A model generated the notes under the pieces. The model worked only from the letters and a program-made list of their open reading frames with translations, was not told where the DNA came from and did not search any database. This document shows positions 57,274 through 64,000 of a DNA stretch of 64,000 bases, piece by piece. The translations under genes were made by a program, and so were the position numbers. The stretch's first letter is position 1; each line of letters opens with the position of its first letter. Source of the stretch: an uncultured virus (IMG/VR IMGVR_UViG_3300031862_000640) (taxonomy: Duplodnaviria; Heunggongvirae; Uroviricota; Caudoviricetes); IMG/VR virus record IMGVR_UViG_3300031862_000640; one strand, written 5' to 3'.

Positions 57274-57597
57274 AAATGAGAGCTATTGTGACAGTCAGGT
57301 TGCCCAGAAATCCCAAACATAATCCACACCACAAACAAACAGGTGTCTGTCCACTTTCCATGGTTGTGAAAGGAGTGACTCAATGCACAGACATCACAGG
57401 AGAACATCATAGCTACATTGAGGAAGGAGAGGACTTGACAGAGATAGAGACGAAAGCAAGAGAATAGAGCTAATAGTGATTACTGTTGGATAATTTCCTC
57501 CTACGGTAATCATCTTATGGAGAGTCCAAATGGATTTAACGTCACGCTGGACACACCAAAATTGTTGTGATGTTTATATAGGACACAACATTGCGGA

Positions 57598-57942
57598 ATG
57601 CTGTGGGATGCGAATAACACTATGGTAATCAGGAGGAAATCATACAGGGCTAAATTTCAAGTCACTGCAAGCGTATTAGAATACTGTAACATGGTCGCTA
57701 GGAAATCTACAAGTATACAACTTAAATGCGGTCTTGGCAACCAGTATTTTGACTTGTTGACGGAACTGGCTACACAGAATCTAATAAGCAAACGTCAAAT
57801 TGGTGCACGGTTTGAATATATAACAACACCACTTGGCAGAGAATGGCTTCATCACTATTACGCTCTTATGAGGTTGCAAGGAGAGGGCGACTATGGTAAT
57901 GTCTTCAGTAGCGTAGCAGGGCAAGGCCTGAAACGAGTTTAG
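57598..57942 (+). CDS. archaeal winged-helix regulator
   Basis: R.KFQV.ASVL...STSI..KCGL...L.EL..QNLI...YITTPLGREWL. Confidence 0.7.
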   Translation: MLWDANNTMVIRRKSYRAKFQVTASVLEYCNMVARKSTSIQLKCGLGNQYFDLLTELATQNLISKRQIGARFEYITTPLGREWLHHYYALMRLQGEGDYGNVFSSVAGQGLKRV

Positions 57943-57953
57943 TTATGGAGAAC

Positions 57954-58033
57954 CGCTAACAGGAGTACGAAACCATTGGGCGGTAGGCTTGTTAGCGTAC
58001 TCGCTTATCTCGCAGGATAAACTTGCCCGAGCG
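57954..58033 (+). ncRNA. putative pseudoknotted RNA of unknown class
   Basis: GAGTACG/CGTACTC crosses TTGGGCGG/TTGCCCGA; TTATC/GATAA hairpin; alternative stem CGCTAACAG/TTGTTAGCG. Confidence 0.5.
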
Positions 58034-58052
58034 CTTTTCTACAAAAAACCGA

Positions 58053-58107
58053 GCCTGCATTAGCCAGTTACCTCCATGTGGTGCAGGCGGATAACGCTAA
58101 AACTGGC
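58053..58107 (+). ncRNA. minimal HDV-like self-cleaving ribozyme
   Basis: P1 GCCUGC/GCAGGC, P2 GCCAGUU/AACUGGC, P3 ACC/GGU, L3 UCCAUGU, P1.1 CC/GG, J4/2 GCUAA. Confidence 0.8.
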
Positions 58108-58145
58108 CAAGTTTGAAGAGCAATAAAAAAGAGGAGATGGTTTGA

Positions 58146-58496
58146 ATGAGCAAAAACCATAAGCCTAAAAAGGCTTCCAGTAAGAAGAATAAAAAAGTAG
58201 AGAAGAAGCCAGTCCATGTCTGCGGCGCCATCAATGGAGTCATGGGTAAAGGAGCGTTTTCGAAAGAAGGCGACAAATTCCGCTGCGTAGAATGCGGGAA
58301 AGTACACGACAAGATTCCAGAAGGATACATGGCAGCACTTAAGAAACTAAGTCCAAAGAAAGCGGCCTTGCTTGAAAAGGGTGCGAAGAAAAACAAAGAT
58401 GCGGCAAAGAACCCGATTATGGTCGAGGCTGGGAAGAAGTCATGGAAAACACGAAGAGAGAACGAGGCAGCCAAGAACAAGAAGCAGAAAAAGTAA
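58146..58496 (+). CDS. Lys-rich zinc-ribbon protein
   Basis: HVCG...CVECG; EAGKKSWKTRR motif. Confidence 0.7.
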   Translation: MSKNHKPKKASSKKNKKVEKKPVHVCGAINGVMGKGAFSKEGDKFRCVECGKVHDKIPEGYMAALKKLSPKKAALLEKGAKKNKDAAKNPIMVEAGKKSWKTRRENEAAKNKKQKK

Positions 58497-58857
58497 GGGC
58501 AATTCTCACACAGCAAAACTGTTTGACATGTGCTAAGAACTGTAAAGGTTTCTGTTCTGGCGTGCACAAACGACTTGACCCGAAAGACATTGCTGTAGGA
58601 AAGATGAAATGTGACGGAGAAAAACATGAACCAATCCTCACAAGAGCCCAAGTCGAAGACATCACCAACATCTGGACTTACTCCATGGTTCCCCGAACCG
58701 ACGAGGGAGAAGACCATGAACAACCAAGCCGTATGCTTACCGACCAAAGCCACCTTGACCTCTGACAAGCTGAAAGTCATCAGAGGCATTCTTGAGAATA
58801 CGCCTGCCGAGGATTTTCACACGATTTGTCAAGTGCTATGGGAGAACGGTGCATAAA

Positions 58858-59100
58858 ATGGAAGCCAAAGTTGTTTTGAATAAGACTAGCAAAAAAGTGC
58901 CGAAATGTCCGAAGTGTAATGAACCAATGGACACAATTCACTATGAGGAATGTGGTCCCATAATCTTTGATGAAGAAAAAGGTTGCTATGTTGATGGTGG
59001 ACAATCGCAGCAGATCATAAAGTGTGGAAGCTGTGGTCAACCGATAGGTGGCTGCCGTGGCGATGGCGAACATTGGGGTTTCCAACCAGAGAGGGAATAG
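58858..59100 (+). CDS. zinc-ribbon protein
   Basis: CPKC...CGSC; start MEAKVV. Confidence 0.6.
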   Translation: MEAKVVLNKTSKKVPKCPKCNEPMDTIHYEECGPIIFDEEKGCYVDGGQSQQIIKCGSCGQPIGGCRGDGEHWGFQPERE

Positions 59101-59101
59101 T

Positions 59102-59317
59102 ATGCAAGACAGTAAAAAGAGGTCAATTCTTAAAACATTCACTTCCAAACTTGTTGAAGTAGTAATTTCAGCGACGGCGCTTCAAATAATCTTTGGACAA
59201 CCTTTTATAAGCTTAGGCTTGCCAATTTTGCTTGAAGGCTTGCAGATGATAGGCTACTATTTCCATGAAAGAGCCTGGAACAAAGTTCGCTGGGGGCAAT
59301 GGCTGCGAACAATGTAA
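59102..59317 (+). CDS. DUF2061-like membrane protein
   Basis: DSKKRSILKT...YYFHERAWNKVRWG. Confidence 0.75.
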   Translation: MQDSKKRSILKTFTSKLVEVVISATALQIIFGQPFISLGLPILLEGLQMIGYYFHERAWNKVRWGQWLRTM

Positions 59318-59471
59318 ATGGAGGCGTTAGATATGGGAACCAAAGTTGTTTTGACTCGATGCAAAGATGGGCGATGGCAAATCAAAGGCTATGGATTAGT
59401 CTGGGAGAAAGACCTCATTAAATCATTGAAAGAGGTCGTTCCTGAAGAAGACTGCTCAGGGTGGTGAAAGA

Positions 59472-59861
59472 ATGAGCGAACAAGCGTTAGACGAGTACGA
59501 AGTTGTTGATGTCTACGCCATAGTCATCCCTCCAAGCTGGATTAAAACCGCACCACAAGACCTTGTGCATGACGCTGAAAGACTGGTGTTTGAGTCTGAA
59601 GAACTAGCCAGAGAGTTTGCAGCGAAAGCCACAGAGAAAAACAGTTTCTGGGGCTTTGACGTAGTGAAGAAATCGTTGCTGAAACGAAAGCAAGTTACCA
59701 TCCTCAAAATGGCGCAGTTTCGAACAAGATTTATGGCATCCATTACAAACCCGAACGAACGTAGTGCTATCACGGAAGAAGACATCGCAGGGCTCTACGC
59801 AGACTACTTTAAGTCAGGCAACAACTTCGACCAATGGTTAAAGGAGAATAGGAAACGATGA
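59472..59861 (+). CDS. hypothetical protein
   Basis: GGTGA RBS. Confidence 0.5.
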   Translation: MSEQALDEYEVVDVYAIVIPPSWIKTAPQDLVHDAERLVFESEELAREFAAKATEKNSFWGFDVVKKSLLKRKQVTILKMAQFRTRFMASITNPNERSAITEEDIAGLYADYFKSGNNFDQWLKENRKR

Positions 59862-60239
59862 AGAGCAAATCACTGTACCTCGTAAAATGGACGCCCCTAA
59901 AAGACATAACACCAGAAGAAGTTGACTTCCTGAAGGAACATTTCGACGAAAGCGACTCCGACCATTCACTATACATTGAAGAAGACAATTTCAACGAGGT
60001 TCTGAAAAACCTGACCAAAGTAGACAAAAAGAAATTCGCAAACCTGTTAGGCATCATCAAGGACAAACTATCCGAGAACGAAGGTGACATAAGCGTAGCC
60101 ATAGGCGATTAAAATGGCTCGGCTTGAAAGAGTTTATAAATTCGCTAAAGACCACAAACTTTCAAAGCGTGCGACAGACGAATTGGTAACTCTTGTTTTA
60201 GAAATAATTGATTAGAAGAAAAGAAAAAGGAGGAATAGT

Positions 60240-61487
60240 ATGAAAAAGTTTGAGTTTGACCCTAATGAGGGTACGTATTACGAAAAGGTGTTCTCACCTC
60301 AAAAGGTAGAAGTGTTCAGGGATATAGTTGGAACGCAAACAGGGAAAACTGCTGTTGGACAGCAACCGCCCAAGAAACCTCGGTTTGAAACGCGGCTTGT
60401 GCTTTCAGACAAGAATGGGCATAAGCTGGAAGTGAAAGGCAGACGACTTGTGCATCGCGTCATGCAGTATCTTCTACCATGGACTTCATTCGGTAGCGTC
60501 GGCAAACTCGCAGACCTTGAGGAAACACCAGACAAATTGCAGGACACGTTGACTAGGGCAGCAAAGAAATCACATCGCCAGTTGAAAACATACTTCGACG
60601 ACGAAGGTCAGTTACACGGAATAGCAAGCGAGATACACCAGCAAATAAGCTGGGCAAAAATCCGTGAGGTCGTGCAGGGTGCAGTCAAGAAAGCCTATCA
60701 CGTTGTTGCTGAACCCGACCAAACAATGCCAACTGAGCCAAACAAATGGACATATAAGATGCCAGTCAAGGACAAGAACAACAACGTGAGCGCATACGTG
60801 ACGGTTGACGGCGGCAACAACATCATCAAAGGCAAAAGCGGAATCCGCGTCTACACAAGGCTCAGAACAGACAGAGGCGGTCCTGGCGGAGCGCCGGCGT
60901 GTCTGAACTGGTGTGGAATGTGGCTGGTGCCATTGCAATTCTTCGGCATAAAAACAGAAAGGCTCGGCATGAAAGACACTGAGGAAACACAGTTGAACAT
61001 GCTGGAGATCCATTTGAAGTCGACGGCTGAAGGCATGAACGAAATCGAAGCAATCTTGGCAGCCAAAATGAAGAGCATGGCAAAAGTCGTTGAGAAACAC
61101 ATGATACCGCTCATAGAGGAAAGCCGTAAAGTATCCTTGGCAAAGAAAGAGATGAAAGCCATCCTCGAAGCATACGCAGAAAAAACACATCTGCCCAAAT
61201 ATATCATCGAACAAATCCTCGACAGCGTAGAAGAAAACACGGTCTGGGGATTCAGCAACGCAGTATCCTATGTTCGTACACATGGGCAATTCGACGAGCG
61301 CAGAAGCCAGTTGCCACGAGAACAAAGACCACTCACACAGATCCTCGAGAACATCGCAGGAGAGGTACTTTCAATTACAAGAACTATCGCCAAACTGAAA
61401 GCAGTTCTGCCGAACAAGACTATAACACAGAGAGTCTTGACCAACCCACAGGAATTTCCACAACTCAAAGCAATGGTCGTGAAATAA
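60240..61487 (+). CDS. DUF932-like protein
   Basis: GIAS..H..I, ACLN.C and TVWGFSNAVSY motifs. Confidence 0.55.
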   Translation: MKKFEFDPNEGTYYEKVFSPQKVEVFRDIVGTQTGKTAVGQQPPKKPRFETRLVLSDKNGHKLEVKGRRLVHRVMQYLLPWTSFGSVGKLADLEETPDKLQDTLTRAAKKSHRQLKTYFDDEGQLHGIASEIHQQISWAKIREVVQGAVKKAYHVVAEPDQTMPTEPNKWTYKMPVKDKNNNVSAYVTVDGGNNIIKGKSGIRVYTRLRTDRGGPGGAPACLNWCGMWLVPLQFFGIKTERLGMKDTEETQLNMLEIHLKSTAEGMNEIEAILAAKMKSMAKVVEKHMIPLIEESRKVSLAKKEMKAILEAYAEKTHLPKYIIEQILDSVEENTVWGFSNAVSYVRTHGQFDERRSQLPREQRPLTQILENIAGEVLSITRTIAKLKAVLPNKTITQRVLTNPQEFPQLKAMVVK

Positions 61488-61723
61488 TGGCTAAGAAACG
61501 GTTACTTACTGAAGCAGAAGCCAAACAAATAGCGACCCTGAAGACAGAGATAAACGACGACTTAGTTTGCATGAGCAGAATATCACGGAACATGGAAAAA
61601 CTCAGTCAAATATTCAGAGATGCTGGTTTCCTCAACACCGCAAACAAACTAGAAGGCATCGCTAACGGCGTTACGCTTTCAGCAGCCGAAGTAATGGACG
61701 CATTCAAATATCAAGTGTCTTAA
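61487..61723 (+). CDS. helical hypothetical protein flanked by 14-bp direct repeats
   Basis: TGGTCGTGAAATAA on both sides. Confidence 0.6.
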   Translation: MAKKRLLTEAEAKQIATLKTEINDDLVCMSRISRNMEKLSQIFRDAGFLNTANKLEGIANGVTLSAAEVMDAFKYQVS

Positions 61724-62399
61724 CTGGTCGTGAAATAAATGCGTGGAATGCGAGAAATAAAGGTAAGAAACGCCTCCATCTATGCTACCGTTAATGGACA
61801 TAAAGTCGATGTGGAAATACGGTCAACCAAAGACAGTGCTCAAGGAATAGCCTTACTTGTAGACGGTGTTATGTGGCTGGAAGTAGACATGAAGCCCGAT
61901 GGCACAATATCCGATACTCCTCCCCCATACCTGACGGATAAGAAACCGCTTTTCCAGGTAAAACTGTTGACAGTCGGAGAACGTTTCGAACAATGGCGCG
62001 AAGCCTACAAACAAGCCTATGGACACTACCCAAAGGCGAAGATGGAGGAATAAGTTTGCCGAAATCCGTAGAAAAAATGAGTATTGCAGAACTCAAGCGA
62101 GAGATCGACTGTATTGAACGACAGGAGAGGAGAGGCGAAGTAGGAACCCCGAATGTTCATGTTCGGTTGACACAAGTGCAAGATGAGTTGGGAAAAAGGC
62201 TTCAAGGAAACGAAAACAAATGCGAAACATGTGGTCAGGAAGTTTGGAAAGAAGGCAGTTGGAAACGTGAGTTTGACGACAAGTACGCAGAACTCATGAA
62301 CACTGGCGACATCGACTGGATAGACAAAGCCAACAACGTTCTGACTACGGCTCTTGACCAGATTAGTCTTGTGGTAAGAAAATACGAGAAGGGCAGATA

Positions 62400-62741
62400 A
62401 TGCCTGAAAATCTCTGGATTGAAGTCGGCGTCCTCTGCAAAACCATGAAGGAGAAACGCAACATAATAGAAACTCTGAAACAGCACTTCAACATTAACGT
62501 GAAATCGGTTGGCAGAAACTCGAAGCGACGATGGCTTGAAGCAACAGTCTTCATGGAAGACATGACGGAAGAGGAAGCTGTTAACAAAGTCAGCAAGCTC
62601 TTGGAAGGAACGGAAGCAGACGGTTGGTTGGACGTTTGGACACATGCCTTCAGTCATCATGTTACATCAGCCAAATCCGTGGAAGCACAACAAAAGGCAG
62701 CAAAATTCATCAGTAACAGATTGGCTCGCGGTGAGAAGTAA
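62400..62741 (+). CDS. hypothetical protein
   Basis: TAATG coupling at both ends. Confidence 0.55.
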   Translation: MPENLWIEVGVLCKTMKEKRNIIETLKQHFNINVKSVGRNSKRRWLEATVFMEDMTEEEAVNKVSKLLEGTEADGWLDVWTHAFSHHVTSAKSVEAQQKAAKFISNRLARGEK

Positions 62742-63202
62742 TGAGCAGAATCGATGAAACAAACAAGGGCAAAAGAGTCAACCTAATACACACAAACGAT
62801 CCCTACACGCGACTAAAGCCAGGAATTAAAGGAACATACCAAAACGTAATGCTTCAAACAGATGGCCACCAGCACAGTATTCAATGGGACGACGGCTCAA
62901 CACTGATGATGATTGAAGGTGTAGACAGCTTCGAGTTTCTGGAAGTAGTTAGCACACTGTCTGACAAATGTCGCTTTGGCAAGAAGGGTTTTCCTCATTG
63001 TCATTGCAATGATTGTCTTGGCGCAATAATTCAATATGCAGAATTCAAGAAAGACAAAGTCTACCATTACAAAGGAGAAGAAGTTACTATCAACAGTTTT
63101 TGTCCGCTTCCAAGTTGCTGCGAAATCTTCATTCAAGGTGAACGAGAGCCAGCTTTCTGCAAGTGGCTCACATTGGAAGAAGCCAGAGGTGCTTTAACAT
63201 GA
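62741..63202 (+). CDS. DUF4314-like SH3-fold protein
   Basis: GKRVNLI..NDPY..LKPG.KGT...QWDDGSTL.MI.GVD.F. Confidence 0.7.
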   Translation: MSRIDETNKGKRVNLIHTNDPYTRLKPGIKGTYQNVMLQTDGHQHSIQWDDGSTLMMIEGVDSFEFLEVVSTLSDKCRFGKKGFPHCHCNDCLGAIIQYAEFKKDKVYHYKGEEVTINSFCPLPSCCEIFIQGEREPAFCKWLTLEEARGALT

Positions 63203-63215
63203 AGAAAACAGGAAG

Positions 63216-63668
63216 TTGTGCGGAATGTTAGTTCGAATACAGGTCTTGAGAGGCAGAAAGGTCTTAGAAGATTACACGGCACCAGACGGCAGTTGGATAC
63301 AATGCGACACTGTTGGCGCACAAAACCTTCCCGCCATCACTAAGGCCAGCGAATACACACAACTATTGCAGAGCACAGAATACACGATAAGGTTCACTCC
63401 CATCGGCGCACCCAGCATCCCTGAAAAACTGGCGAAACTCATCAACGGCTTCGACAAGAAGTGGGGTCGAAACGGCTACGAGTGGATGGGAGCGAATAGA
63501 GAACACAACGGCGGAACAATGCTTGACCGGGCAAGAGAACTTCATGCAAAGTGGGGCTGGATTAAGAAGGACAACGATTTTCCATTGAAAGACGATGCTG
63601 AAACAGTCGCGTTCCTCGACCAGAACTACGTGAAAGTGTGGAAGGAAAGGCAAGGAACCTTGGCATGA
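63216..63668 (+). CDS. hypothetical protein
   Basis: 150-aa ORF in the plus-strand run. Confidence 0.5.
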   Translation: MCGMLVRIQVLRGRKVLEDYTAPDGSWIQCDTVGAQNLPAITKASEYTQLLQSTEYTIRFTPIGAPSIPEKLAKLINGFDKKWGRNGYEWMGANREHNGGTMLDRARELHAKWGWIKKDNDFPLKDDAETVAFLDQNYVKVWKERQGTLA

Positions 63669-64000
63669 GAAAACTAACTCGGCGACAGAAGAAACTGTTG
63701 AAGGAATGGTTCGAGAAGAACAAAGAGATGGTTACTTTCTCGTTCACAGTACAAAACGACTTGCCCTACGAACTTTACCAGCAACTTGAACAAATTAACG
63801 ACTTTGAAACCTTAAACCAAGAAATCGAAAGGTTCGTCCGCGATTTGGTGTCGGAAGACATCGACAAAGTTGACAAACAATTAACTCAAGGGATAACGAG
63901 GTGAAAAACGAAATGGGATTAGTCTATTTAACATTAGTTGTTGAGTGCCCAAAAACAGAAGAAGAAGCGGTCAAAAACTTCACGGAATATCCTGCACTCT

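Noticed and set aside
57954..57972. Hammerhead-like GAAAC in the upstream structured RNA
   Set aside because: No CUGAnGA core on either strand.
1..64000. CRISPR array, tRNA/att site, integrase, reverse transcriptase/DGR
   Set aside because: I saw no regularly spaced repeats, cloverleaf, recombinase catalytic motifs or RT motifs; the 153-aa paralogues do not differ only at adenines.

Overview
This looks like 64 kb of an archaeal virus/provirus-like mobile element; a Bathyarchaeia-like host is inferred from the PCNA, pilin-type leaders and GGTGA/GGAGG RBSs. Layout: (i) 0-15 kb, mostly minus strand: PadR, ParB-like, RHH, JAB, PCNA, HerA-type ATPase, ASCH and many membrane proteins; (ii) an internally deleted IS200/IS605 (tnpB) remnant; (iii) 15.5-32.6 kb: membrane-anchored, envelope/spike-like proteins with no recognisable HK97 capsid, portal or terminase; (iv) 36.5-46.5 kb: seven very basic proteins sharing a ~40-aa 'VGFY..dGktkPITK' module fused to unrelated cargo domains; (v) 46.5-64 kb, plus strand: small early-type genes with a Ku-like protein, HNH, ATP-dependent ligase and DUF932-like protein. 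Most notable: a fixed-spacing TATTTCT-N4-YR element in front of about 16 genes of blocks iii-iv (candidate TATA-less late promoter, with a PIP-box protein and PCNA as possible partners); a minimal HDV-like ribozyme at 58053-58107 behind a second pseudoknotted RNA; three copies of a parS-like 17-bp palindrome; and several accessory genes flanked by 14-28 bp direct repeats. All family calls come from motif recognition by eye; no database searches were run.
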